A stretch of DNA of 64,000 nt from Lingula anatina (lineage: Eukaryota; Animalia; Brachiopoda), in assembly GCA_051362555.1 (NCBI GenBank), contig CM120644.1:18994534-19058533 (forward strand), given 5' to 3'. Made by a program: the position numbers and the translations under genes. Of this stretch, positions 38,302 to 51,115 are shown one piece after another; the stretch's first letter is position 1, and each line of letters starts with the position of its first letter. Below the pieces are notes generated by a model that saw only the letters and a list, made by a program, of their open reading frames with translations, did no database searches and was not told the DNA's origin.

Positions 38302-38945
38302 TCATGGTCTTGCACACTTAAAACCTGTGTACTCCTGGGATGGAAATCTCTCTCTTATGTTAAATACAACACAGGAGGGAATAACCATTCTCTTCTTCCT
38401 TCCTAAATTATGGTGGATATCCACCTTGTAAAGGAGCGATAAGCTATGAAATGATATAACCTGGAACAAATGTTTGAAAGAATATTTTAGCGAGGAACGT
38501 ATGAAGATAAAAATGCCACTGCCATAAATCAGTCTGTGTGGCAATTCTAATGTAATATTTGTTTATTTATTATTTTTTACACTTAATTTGTGTAATTTTA
38601 GTACAAAAAAAGTGCACTAAAAATAAATACTAAGGATAATGAAAAACAGTGCTTGTTCATATTTATTATTATGTCATTAACTTATTTCAATAATATGGAC
38701 AAGGACTTAGAATAAAAATAAAATACATTACTTGTTGATGGGCACATTGTCATCAGTTGGTCCTTCCTGTTCCACATTCTGGTACATATTAACTTCAATC
38801 ACGTCTCTGTTAAGACACACTGGAATAGGCAGCCACATGCATGATGCAATTTTCATTTTCTAGTCTGTCTTCTATGGGGCTCAGCTCACGACAACGTATG
38901 CATTCTAGTCCATTAGACATTGGATGACATGAACAACACAAACAC
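38302..38945 (-). pseudogene. P2X7 ballast / nanor-like Cys-rich domain gene remnant
   Basis: CVCCSCHPMSNGLECIRCRE..NCI, and C-terminal LGRKKRMVIPSCVVFNIRERFPSQEYTGF; AT-rich intron-like spacer between them. Confidence 0.75.
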
Positions 38946-39309
38946 CTGGAAAATATTTTTTAATAATGAAGAGAGAAATGTCTACCACTTAAATTGCGTT
39001 TGTGGTAAAAACGAGGTTGGTAAGAATTTGCTGACTAGCAAGTGGGGCGGCTTTGGGACGCCATATGCTTAATTGTCTTTTTGTACAAATATGCAATTTT
39101 AAGTAGTGTAATGACTGGAGTGATTGCGAGATCTAGAAGTTTTAATGATTTTCTGCATCGACAAAAAAAAACAAAAAAAAACACCCCAGTTTTGATTAAC
39201 TATAAACAAAGGTACTTTCTCCTACCATTCAGTTTTTTCTTATCGTGGATCCTCCCACTTTTTAGCTGAAAAATCTTCTTCAACCTCCGATTCATCGTAA
39301 TGCTTACTT

Positions 39310-39525
39310 TCCAGGGGGGGGTTCCAGTTGACACCATTTTTTCTCCCAAAAATTCTTTGTTCAAGCAGCTTGTGTGGGTAGGGGCATTGTCTTGAAAAAA
39401 GCAGTGGCCTTCAGGGAGAGTTTCACTAAGGAATGGCAGATGGAAGTCTTATATAATTTCAACATAGAATTCCACATTCATCAGCCCTGAAAGTTTGGTT
39501 GCACCCATTTCGGAGATTCCTGAAA
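39310..39525 (-). pseudogene. Tc1-like DDE transposase fragment (shorter copies at ~11160-11224 and ~42000-42092)
   Basis: GISEMGAT..MNVEFYVEII..LPFL..LPEGHCFFQDNAPTHTS..NGVNW. Confidence 0.8.
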
Positions 39526-40869
39526 AAAAGATTACATATGTAAAGTGTTTTACTCTATTCTAATAGCAGAAACAAGCACTTCTGGTACTTACTGAGAGTA
39601 TTGCCTGGTCCTTCTGCTTAGGTGAGGCACTGTGCTTGTAGGTTTTGTCAGCGTGGAAGCGTGTGCGTGTCTTCACAGATTGAGATCTGCTGGGATCTAG
39701 GGCGTCACATCGTGTGCTGTTACTTTATATGTGCTCGCCCCTGCGCAGTCCCCATGTGTACAGCAGACATCCCAGGATGCTCTTGGCAGTGACAAAAACA
39801 CTACACTCCCCCCAGTTTTATTTAGAAAGGATCGACAGAGTATATACAAAGAAATCTCCCAGAGGTTTACTAAAGTTGAAATAGAAAAAAGAAAAATGAA
39901 AGTGAAGTCTATCCCCCCTACCCCCTGTAGTGACATGCCAGATAGAAAAATACAAGGTCCTGCAGACTTTATCCCTTTAAGGATATTTACATATATACAA
40001 ATCCCATGCCTGTATAAAGAGAATGAGTCCAGCTCAGACTAGATAACGGACAGAGGAGATATGTACAGACAATGTACAGACTATATACAGACAATATACA
40101 GAGTGCCCAGTAACTCTGCATTTCCAGATTGATAGAATTTAGAGAAGACACCTGGTTCTCCAGAAGGCCATATTCAAGAGTTAACCATACTAGCAATGTA
40201 AGATCTTCTAGAGCAGTATATTTTACTAGTGATATAAGATCTCCTAGCAAGTATCACTACAAGTGTTGTAAGAACTCCAGGTAGTAATACAACAGAATCA
40301 TCCCTGTGGAGGTAATGTCCCATGGTGATACAATATCTACCATGAACACCTAAAGTAATTTCTCTAAAAGAACCAGAATGATGTAAAATCTCTTCTTTAC
40401 GGTTTCCTTAATAGAGGCAAAATAAAGTGGTGATGATGTAAAATCTCTCACCAAACATCAAGATACAGAGCCCATAAAATTGACTCCTTGAATACCACTC
40501 CTCATTAAACTGAGCATAGAGAGAAAGTAAACCAAAATACTGAGATAGTCAAAACATGACATTTTCTCAGGTTTTTAGCCCAGACAAAAAGAAACAAAAT
40601 ACACTACTGAATTTTTCCCAAAAACACAGACAATATAAACATAACTCTACCTTCCTATGTCATATTCGACATTTTGAAGGACATCTTGTAAAAATATAAA
40701 TTGAGAAAAATAACATAATACACCTTTTTGGTGTCAGACCAACTTAGATTACACAGTTGGGCATCTCGTTTCTATTACGCTGGTATTTTATATTTTGGAC
40801 CTGTTTTAAGTCTCGCGGCGCGTTTTCGGGTTCTTCCGTTACCAATATAGCGGCACAGTAAGGTGGTGA

Positions 40870-41900
40870 GGACAGTCACCTGCGGTCACTATTTTGAGCC
40901 AGGGAGTTCTGACAACGATGTGTAGATTGCTCAATTGTCAAGGTAAAACTGATTTTGCAGGTTGCCCTCTAGTTTCTAAATAGTCAAGGGCATCCGTTGA
41001 TTGGTCGAGACTCAGGGTCTTTTCTGATTGGATGAAATTTATTTGGAGATTAGGATTTGAGGTGTGAGGTTGTCTTGATTGAGGGTGGTATTGATTTTAG
41101 GGGGGCTGCTGTTGCTTTGTTTTTGGCCAAGCTGCTAGTATTTTTCATCCTAATGACTCATAACTTTTAAGAAGGTTTAAGATAGATGGTACAGCAGATG
41201 TGATTATCTTTCTGTTTAGTTAGACCCAAGACCGGACGAGTATTCTGTGACTTATTTATATTTTAAAATGTCTTCTTTATTAGCTATATTTGGGCTTCTC
41301 ACCCTAGGGTGATTTTTTTTTTTCAAAGTATAGAGAGGGTTTCTCGCCCTTGGGATGGGACAAAAGAGAGATCTTCTTTGCTGCTTGTTTATTCATTTAT
41401 ATGAACATTATGGTATTGCTTTTCATGGGCATATGTGTAGCCCTGAACAGGGCTGTTTTTAATTTGTACTGCTGGCTCACTTGAGGCGCTTCAGGGTGGC
41501 CGCTGTGCGGCGTTTTGCTTTGGTTGATGTGACAAACTTTTTCTTCTTGGATTTCATTGTTAAAAGCAGAGCGTGGACCTGTTCCAGTAGATCTGGGTTG
41601 GTATTGGAAGTGGGCTGAGGGCTGGCATTGATTTTGAACGTCCCGTGCATTTTATATAAGTCCTCTGCCTTGATTTCACGGGCTAGGGCTTCTTCATGGT
41701 TCTCATTGGCCTTTTTCACTAAATCCTCTATGTGTAATTCGATTGTATGCTTGATTGCCTCTGTAGCCTTGTTCTGGATTTCAATTAGCTTTGAGGTGAG
41801 AGCTTTGTGGCTAAGGCATCCTTTAAAGTCTATCCTGGCTCTGATCTTGTGCGTTCCTCTTTCTCCGTACATCCTGTGATGTACTGTTTATAGTTTCTAT
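40870..41900 (-). pseudogene. Possible Penelope-like element 5' region remnant
   Basis: ORF 41477-41872 is helical and basic; downstream sequence is degenerate. No catalytic motif was seen. Confidence 0.3.
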
Positions 41901-43753
41901 CACCTCCTCTTAGTACGGGTTACTAGAGGCGCGTGGGGAACTCAAAGGTGCGGGTCCCTTGGGTATTCTGCCTTTCGGCGGCTCTGTTGTGTGCCATTTC
42001 TGGGGGGGTGGGGGGCTTCGTCCAGTTAACACTATTTTTTCTCCCAAAAATTCTTTGTTCAAGCAGTTTGTGTGAGTGGGGGCGTTGGTCTTAGTGGCCT
42101 TTGGTCCCAGTGGTGCAGGTTGACCAATTTCTTTTGTCTGCATAGTATACTACCTTGTGTCTATCTGAATGGTGCATTTATCTGAAACATATATAAACCA
42201 GTTAGTTAATTGAAAACATTTGTAAAATCCTTATGACTCTGCGCAAACTGCATATTTTTTTAAATTTTAATTTCAAGCATTATTTTTAAAAAAATTCTTT
42301 TAATGATATATCTAAATAATTTATTGTGCATTTAAAATTTAGTTATGCATTGTATTTTGCAGAATAGCTTCTGATATGAGAGCAAGAAAAGAGTTTATTT
42401 TGGTAATCGCACTTTGATATGACAAAATTATTTAAGTTATCATTTATGCAGTTAAGGATTTTAATTTTTGGATGAACCTGTAAACACCACATCTTCAAAT
42501 TGCACTGCCAAGGCCTGTCTACACCATTCCACATGTTTTGTTCTGTTGGACATCCTAACCAATTGGCAGTACTGCTTTTCACTTTTTCCCCAGCCCAATT
42601 TCTTTTTCATCTTTTTCACTGCTGCAAAGCAGATGTTGAGACCATTAAAAAAAATTAGATATAACTGTACCAGTTGTATTGGGTTTTCTCTTCTTCTGCC
42701 AGGTTCAGTGCCTACTTTTATTAAAAATTACCTTTTTTTTCTTTTATCAAGCTTGCATTATTAAAACATTGAGCCAAACAGTTACATTAAATGAAAGCTC
42801 GGTACACTGATATTACAGATCTCACCTGTGTACTGACATAACTTGTCTCACAAATCAACCATAACAAGCTCAGGTTAAGTTTCATTTATTCTTCGATGAT
42901 GTTTTAATGTCTTGCAAAGACTCCACGCTTCCTTTCATCTCTGCGTGAAGGTGTAGATACTGCTCTTAGCTACTGATATCCTCTCAGATCCTAGCTGTCG
43001 TCTAATGTAGGTAACTTCTTGTACGCTCTCTGCAAGGACTGCAATTCTTGTTTGTGTGTATTCACTCTGTTCACTCAAAAAATTGTCCCGTCTTTCTCGA
43101 AGTAGAGGTCCAGCCCTCTGGAATTCCGCCTCAAACAGTACAAAGCCACTGCATTTGATTAGATTAACCTTGCTTTTTCTCTTTATTCTCAACCAACACA
43201 ACGTCGCCACCACATGTATGACAGACACATCTTGTTCACACTTTCCAACAACTGTTCACTGTGCCAAAGTCTGTATCCAGTAGCTAATGTTTCCTCTTTA
43301 CTCAATAAATATTAATTCATCGATAATTAAAATCATTTTAGGCCATTTACCATGCCACATGCCTTAAAGTGATCATAACAGTGTACAACAGTAATGTTAT
43401 GTGTAAACCTCTATAGCAAATATCACACGCATATATCACTTATCTCAACAGGTTCTCCATCAATGGAAGTAAAAAAAAATTAAAAGATTGAAGAAACTTA
43501 AGTTAATATAGCTGTAGCACATGTTATGCACTGAGCATTCTGTAATAATACACCTAGTAGTAGTAGAATTTTACTAGTATGCATACACTGTACAGTATTA
43601 CCTTTGTCTTTTGGCTCATCCGGTTGAATACGAGTACTGCTAGATTTGCTTTGCATTACCATCTACAAAGAGTTCCCTTTTAGTACTCCTTATTTCTAAT
43701 TTTGATAAAGGAAATGGAAATGTGACTTGCTTTTATCAAAAACATCTCTGTAA

Positions 43754-43960
43754 GACCCCATTTCCAGAGATTCTACTTTAGATCGACCTAAATCCCTGGG
43801 GGTTCACACTAAATAGCTGTCAGCCGGGCGGACACAAAAGTTAATTACCCCCTTACAGCTTGTAGTAGGCGGGACGGACATTTAAGCCGGATTATCTGAC
43901 AGTAATCTAGTGAGACTCCCCGCGGGGATAGATTGATCTAAAAGCTCTAGGAATACAGCC
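43754..43960. mobile_element. PIF/Harbinger-type MITE with TAA TSD
   Basis: taa|gaccccatttccagag ... ctctaggaatacagcc|taa; homologous to 34711-34925, with a degenerate relative at ~27335-27500. Confidence 0.88.
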
Positions 43961-44079
43961 TAAAGAATTGCCATCCCATTTAGACTTACTTTCCTAAATT
44001 ATTGCATGTTTACACATTATGATCAATGCTTTTTAATTGAAATATCAAATGCAATATCAATATCAAATACAAAGGATGT

Positions 44080-44740
44080 CAACCAACTCATCATGCAAAT
44101 CTGGTGAGACACTGACTCCTTCCTCCACAATCCGTTCTTCAATTTTCCTTAGCTTTTCTTCTATCTTTTTGTTCTGCTTCCGTCCAGCCTTTTCCACTTT
44201 CTTCACATTTTTCATGTATTAATTCCCTTCACTCTTCTAGGCTATTGATGGGGGCATGGCTGCTTGGACTGGTGTTGGACTTGTTTTCTTTGTTGGCTTC
44301 TCTGTGGAACATGCTCAGTAATATAGGCCTGTATTTTGCACACGTTGCACACTGTTCATGATTACTGGTAATTAACACTGGAGATTCAGTGTCTTACTGT
44401 TGAAAAAAGGTTTGGCCCCTAATCTTGATGGAAAAATTGCTTTCCTTGGCGATGACTGTATTTACACTGCAGTCCATCTTTATTGCGGTTCCTGCATAAC
44501 TGAATAATGTTGTTCCCACTATTCCCTACACAGATTTTACCCTCTGAAACTTTCTGAAGCAGTAAAATCAATTCAGAGTTCAAAGTTATCTTCTCTGGTA
44601 TTTCACTGAAGATAGGATTCCTGGTGAGATTAACCCCATGAATTAGAACTTGCCATGAGCCAGAGTTTATAATAGAAACAACATGACTGACTTTCATGGT
44701 CCTGAGACCAAACACCTCCTCAAAGCACCGCAAAATTTGG
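44080..44740 (-). pseudogene. N-terminal region of a P-element-like transposase
   Basis: WQVLIHG..KICVGN.., then TVRH..VLI..EQCATCAKYRPILLSM, followed by a basic coiled-coil. Confidence 0.5.
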
Positions 44741-45429
44741 AGGAAAATAACTTTTTAAAGAATATTTTGAACAGTGCCCCCCTTCTCGATGATAGAAAAC
44801 CGAGACCAACTTCAAACTAGCGTTTTAACACCTTTCTGCATGATAAAAAAGGGAACTTCACTTTACTGGTGACCTGGTCATCCTCTTCATTCGTCAAACG
44901 CAGCGTCATAGATAGCACTACACCAATCTGCTGGGGTGCTTTGGGTCATTGCCTTGCATAAATCTATGTTTATCTGTCATTTTGTCCGTAATGAATGGGA
45001 CCAGATATCTTCACAAAATCTCCACAAAAAATTCATTGATTTTCACTTTTCCAATGTATATATGTGACAATGCATTTAACTCACCTATGCCTGTCCTTGA
45101 AATAATAAATAGTAAGTCACAATCTTGAAATTACAAAAGAACAAAATGTGAAGTACGTCTTTCTCCTATGATGTCACTGGGTGGAGTGAAATGAAATATC
45201 CAAGCTAACTGGATTATCCCTAAACTTATAACTTATCACTTATATGCAAATGAACGTTGCATCAGATGTGCCAAAATGACGGCTTCTCAAGCTAAAGGCT
45301 AACTAAATCCTACAGTGATTTAATATCAAGTATCACCATTTAGTAATCTCAACTATTATTTGCCTTGACAAAATATGAAATTATGAAACAAATCTGCTGT
45401 CACTTTGCTAGAATCAATTTTTGCAAATA

Positions 45430-46030
45430 CAGGGTGTATCAAAAAAAAGTGAACACTTAGAAAAAATGTCCAGACTTTAAAAATTTTATTTCATATAACA
45501 AATGTTAATGTTAATATAGATTTGTAGGGAAATTATGCTTTAAAACACACCATGGATTGTTGTCTTTTCATGCATGACTGAGCAGGGTCAAATTACATCA
45601 TGAGGATCAAATTTTTATTTCGAGAACTTTTTTTCTCAAAAGGTTGATCAGTTGCCATAAAATGGTTCTATCAATGGTTTTCAAATTAAAAACCTGCCAA
45701 TTAACCTTTTGTTTCCTGTTATCTGCCACTTATGTTCTTTTGTCATGAACATCCAATGTTACAAGAACTTGTCCACTAGTTTCAACTGAAGCAGCATCAA
45801 TATGCACAGTTTGTATGTACATGTGTGATAACTTCAAAGTTTAACCATTAGTCTTCAACATGCTGTCCATTTCTGTCCAAGCAGATTTCGGGCTCTTCTC
45901 CTCATGCCATAAGCTGCACGTCATACTGTGGCTCTATCCCGTTGAAGAACATCTACCTCATCCCTGATACGCCTCTCAAGGTCATCCAAGTCTCATTGTG
46001 GGGTTACATAAACCTTGGGCTTGATACATA
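45430..46030 (-). mobile_element. 3' part of a mariner/maT-type element with terminal TIR
   Basis: TA|CAGGGTGTATCAAAAAAAAGTG end; C-terminus IKPKVYVTP..LDDLERRIR..RAR.CLDRNGQHVED*. Confidence 0.75.
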
Positions 46031-46125
46031 CATTTGCAAATGTCAAATATCAAACAAGGTAATTTTTGATGATAGCTGCTGTCAGTAGCCAACCGCTACC
46101 TGGGTATTTGTTGCTCTGCTTGCAG

Positions 46126-46545
46126 TTACTTGAGTTTTCTTTTACAATCATCACAAGTATAAGAGTTATTGGTGACTAGCGTAGCAGCAGACTTGGCATC
46201 TATTCTTATACACATGTAATGATAGAAGTTATAACAGTTGGTACATCTTATCACTGGTGCCCCAGGACGGTGGGTCAAACACTTACAGTACACACTTATG
46301 GTATGAACCATTTCTTGTGCACTATGTCTCTGAGTTGAGGGTCTTTCACAGGGAAATAAAGTCAGTTCCTGACTCTGAAAGCACTTTAAAAGGTGAGACC
46401 TCATCTCATAACCATTCTAAGAATATTCAAGTCTTGAGCACCCATAAGAAAATTAAACAGTTCATTAAAGCTGAAGGCGCCTAGGGGTAGGAACTCTGAC
46501 AGCTGCCCTCTGAAGGGATCATGTATTGAATCATATGCTTTGCAC
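46126..46545 (-). pseudogene. Ulp1-protease/PHD TE accessory protein C-terminal remnant
   Basis: AYDS; MRSHLLKCF..LTLFP; PHD VYCKC..IRCTNCYNFYHYMC..YTCDDC. Confidence 0.65.
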
Positions 46546-47289
46546 TCTAGCAGGAGGTGGAACTCATCTACTTTATTCAAATCACAAAGTTTACAAAATC
46601 CTAGGTATAATACGATTAAAAAATAAAAAGATAAATTAAAAAGTAAATAAAAATTATATGCTATATACCTAGTTATTATACAATTAAAAAAAACAAAAAC
46701 AATTGAACTGTGTTTTGATCGGCACTAAAACATTTGACTATCAGCCTTAGCATCTCGTCGCTAGGGACCGCCATGTTGGATTTCTCACTTCCATCCCGCT
46801 GCCGTCCATGATCTAGTGTTGACCCTATGAATAGTGTATGGTACTGTCCAAAGAATCTTTTCCCATCTATCCAAGGTCACACCCAGGATCGCCTAGCTCT
46901 TGGATGGCTCTGTCTCTCTCGCTCTCTGATTAAAGCCATCAAAACTAGGTTGCGTTGTGCTCGTGTGCAATTTTGTAAAAAAAAAAAAATTGGTTTTGTT
47001 TCTGTTATGCACATTTTGTGTGCCATGTCTCTGATATAATTTGGTCTATATTTAGATCTAACAGGACCAGGTGCCTTTTTATTTTCTTCAGCTAAAGAAT
47101 CATGCTAAGAATCATTATAATGTTATGGTAAAAAACAATTGAAGAAACAAAAATTAGATTGAAAATGAAATGAATGTTTTTTCCAACTAATCTTACAGAT
47201 AATGTCAAAATTTGAATGAAGAGAAGGGTAACCATTTCATTTATGCTGTTACAATGAGTCAACATGGCCATGAGTCAACAGTTACAGTT

Positions 47290-48096
47290 TTTTTAAACTC
47301 CTAAGATTCCTGTTGGCTGTGTTCAGGGCAGTCACCATTTTGCTCCAAAAGTTGTCTTACGTTTGTTTTGGGTAAAATTTACGGACGGCATTTCTTATGA
47401 ACTCTACTCTAACAATGTCCATCGGGGCGCGTTTGTCTTGGCCTTTGGTTGATCTTTCAATATTCCTTGTCAGGTCTATTCTTTAAGCAGTAGTAAAAAG
47501 GCTGGCTATTACCTTCACGCAGAAGCTTGCTGGTCCTTTAGATTATATTTTAATTTTTGTCAACTCTAAATCAGAGAGCAAAGGGATGGGACCTTGGGCG
47601 GAAGAGGTGGGGCCACTGTTTCAAGTGATGAGAGAACTTTGGGAAGGCATGGTTGGCAAAGGACTGGGGAAAGGCACATGAAAGGACTTAGAGAGGGCAG
47701 GAGTGTGAAAGGAGTTGGAGTGGGACAGGTGGTGGAAGAAGTTGAGTGGGACGGGCACTGGAAGAAGTTGGAATGGGACGTGCGAGTTGGAGTGGGATGT
47801 GCGATGGAAGAAGTTGGAGTGGGAAGGGCGATGGAAGAAGCTGGAGTGGAACGGGCGATGGAAGAAGCTGGAGTGGAACGGGCGCTGGGGCAGGCTTCGA
47901 GCTCTCCTATTTTGTCCTTCATGAGTTCTTGTATGGCGTACATTTTCTTGTTTACTTCCTCCAGTTTGTCCATAATTTTAATGAATTCCCCTCTACAATC
48001 GCACTGCAACACAGGCACAGGTTGCTCTAGACCATTGTGTGGCCCTGCTTCACCTAGGGCCAGCAAGGGTCCAGGCTGAATATTCAAATATAACAA
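47290..48096 (-). pseudogene. BEN-domain protein remnant with coiled coil and Pro/Ser/Thr repeats
   Basis: ORF 47566-48096 with ~27-bp repeats (47700-47885), then frameshifted FCVKVIASLFT..KRAPMDIVRVEFIRNAV..FWSKMVTALN. Confidence 0.7.
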
Positions 48097-48414
48097 GAAA
48101 TGTAACTTTTGGTATCAACTGCAGTCTGTCGCTTTCAAATGTAATTAACATGGCACCAAATTACCAGTTTTTGGTATCTCTTAAAGTCAATCTCTAAAAA
48201 AATGCATTATATCTCACAAGCAGCAAACATACTACAGCTGCCAAGTTCACCATTTTCATGATACTATTTAAATAACATTATAAAGACCAGGGGCGTAACC
48301 AGATCCTTTAAAATTGTACGTACAGATTTTGAAAATTCCCAGGTACGATTATATTCCGTGAAAAATACACTGAATTTATGGAGAATAATATCATGCTTGG
48401 CTCAAAAAATTGTA

Positions 48415-50853
48415 CGGTAAAGTCTTGAAAATTTCGTCGCTTAAAAATTAATTAATATTTTTAATTGTGTAAATCCAACTAATTTTTCAAAATTACCTCT
48501 CCCCGACTCCTGGGTATGACGAAATTTTCAAAAATCCGGCCTTTGGGCTTTTATCCTTAGCGACTGTTATCTTTGACCCTCCTATATGGTGGGATATTTA
48601 TTACTACTTCCTAAGTCATTTTCTGGTGTTAAATAATAATCTATTTATTAGTGCATCTCGATTAAGTTACATTTAACTTACTGTACCCGAAAACATGTCG
48701 AGAAGTATTTTCTCGTAAAGAAACATACCTCCTGATAGAGGAGAAGGATCAAGATAAGCCTAATTGCAACCTTGCATCATAACCTGGACGCGACATGTTA
48801 AAAAAAATTACGCACTTGGGAACGTTTGTTGCATGCAGGGCTTTTCCCAGGATTGAGTGTCAGGCCTTCTAAAATTACCATCTGTAACTTCCTAAAAATT
48901 TACAGGGAGTTAAAATAATGATCTCCCGTTGACGATCTTCCGCAATTTAAGTTCCTTGAACTAATATGAAAACTGCATTTTATTATTGCTTACATCGCGA
49001 ACAATCTCCCGATGAAGATGTGAAAATTGCCTTTTCGTCTAGCAAGGATCGCGAACGATCTCCTGCTGACGATCTTCCGCGAACGAAGTTCCCTAAATCC
49101 CTTGAACTAATATGAATATCGCATTTCATTCTTGCTTGTATCGTGGACGATCTCCCAATGATGATATAAAAAATTTTCGTCTCGCTCGGATTGCGAACGA
49201 TCTCCCTCTGACGATTTTATGCGAACAAAGTCCTGACGATAGTACGCAAACGATTCTCCGCCGAAGATATGCCGTGAGCGGGGAAGGGGGGTTAAAGATA
49301 AAACTAAATATATATATTATTTATAATATTCAAAGGGGGAGGCGGAGTTAAAATAATGATCTCCCGCTGATGATCGTTCCCAAACTTAGTTCCTTGAACT
49401 AATATGAAAACTGCATTTTATTATTACTTACATCGCGAACAATCTCCCGATGAAGATATGAAAATTGCCTTTACGTCAAGCTAGGATCGTGAACGATCTC
49501 CCTCTGATATGATCTTACACGAACAAAGTCCTGAGGATATTACGCGAACGATTCTCCGCCGAAGATATACCGTGAGCGGGGGAAGGGGGCGGATTAAAGA
49601 TCAAATGAAAATGAATATTTTTTAAAAATCCAAAGCGTGTGTGTGTGGGGGGGGTTAAATAATCTCCCGCTGACGATCTTCCGCCAACAAAGTTCCCTAA
49701 ATCCCTTGAACTAATATGAAAATTGCATTTCATTCTTGCTTACATCGCGAACGATCTCCCGATGATGATATGAGAATTGCCTTTTCGTCTTGCTCGGATC
49801 GCGAACGATCTCCCTCTGACGATCTTACGCGAACAAAGTCCTGACGATATTACGTGAACGATTCTCCGCTGAAGATATGCCGTGAGCGGGGGAAGGGGAT
49901 GTTAAAGATAAAATGAAAAATATATATTATTTATAAAATTCAAAGGGGGAGGGGGGGGTTAAAATAATGATCTCCTGCTGACGATCTTCCACGAACGAAG
50001 TTCCCTTGAACAAATATGAAAAGTGCATTTTATTCTCACATTTTATTCTTACATCGCGAACGATCTCCCGCTGAAGATATGAAGATTGCCTTTTCGTCTC
50101 TCCCGAATCGCAAACGATCTCCCGCTGATGATCTTATGCAAACGGAGTCCGCTACAAATATGAAAATTATCTTCTCGTCTCGTTTGGATCGCGAACGATC
50201 TGTTGACGATATTACGCGAACGATTCTCCGCTGAAGATATGAAAGTTGTCATCTCGTCCCATTCGCATTGCGAACGATCTCCACATACGAGCCAGGTAAT
50301 CGTTAAATGGTCCTAAATTGAACATGGACATGAATAGAAGTGACGGGTACATTTCACTTCGAGATAATATCTTGATTTTTTCATTGTGTCTTCCTCATTT
50401 AGGACAGCCGCCGATAACAATAACGGCGTTACAAATGACAAAGCCGCGGCCTGTGACTTCTATTTGCCGGCTTGATAACACACCTTAAGTCAGGTAATAG
50501 TAATGCAAATAAAGACAAAAGGCCGACGTTCCCGCAATTGAGAACAGGAATTCACATCTAAACCATCTATATTGTGAGTAACCGCTCGCAGGGGCGCACT
50601 ATTGTTCCTATCTCCCATAGTGAGTGTTATCGGCAATGATATCCTGATCGTATCATTGTCTTGAATCAACTGACGCATTACCTGCATGTTTGAGCTGGAC
50701 AACGCGGCCATATTTGGTGACGAAATTTTCAAAAATTATAGAGTACCTCATTTTCAAGGTCGACGAAGTTTTCAAAGGGAAAAAAATTACATCGGCGGAA
50801 AATCGTCTGCCGGCGAAATTTTCAAGAACGACGAAATTTTCAAGACTTTACCG
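48415..50853. mobile_element. Non-autonomous TA-flanked TIR element with complex CpG-rich internal repeats
   Basis: Perfect 25-bp TIR cggtaaagtcttgaaaatttcgtcg with TA TSD; appears nested in a CAGGGGCGTA-started MITE (~48289). Confidence 0.88.
48905..50285. repeat. Hierarchical repeat array (core cgcgaacgatctcccgctgacgat)
   Basis: Many imperfect core copies, organised in longer blocks ending gccgtgagcgggga. Confidence 0.9.
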
Positions 50854-51115
50854 TACACATTAATTTGAAAACCAAAATTTTACCTTCATATATAGAAAAT
50901 TATTGTAATTCTTTTAAATATGAGAGGCAGGAAGTATGTTTTAACCGTATAATTATATTCTTTCAAAACTCACCTTTTTTTTTTGTTTGTTTTTGGAGCA
51001 GGAACCTGACCACTCTCAGTCTCTGAATTTGTCTCTGTCTCAGTTGCGGTCTCTGTAATACCTTTCGCACTATCTTCAGTGTCTCCATTTGAAATTACTA
51101 AGTTGTTTGTACCGG

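Larger units (their letters stand above)
33087..39366 (+). repeat. Segmental duplication copy B
   Basis: Colinear with 5917-11224 except for the indels and inversion described in findings. Confidence 0.95.

Noticed and set aside
39987-40620. Possible second env or other TE coding remnant
   Set aside because: Only a weak GVVFK resemblance; too degenerate to support a call.
42340-43300. Possible coding remnant (ORF 42935-43228)
   Set aside because: No recognisable motif.
47594-48079. Plus-strand repetitive ORFs (161, 94, 69 aa)
   Set aside because: Antisense shadows of the 27-bp repeat region of the minus-strand BEN-type gene.
49112-50252. Short ORFs in the CpG-rich array
   Set aside because: Repeat-derived, on both strands, with no domain.
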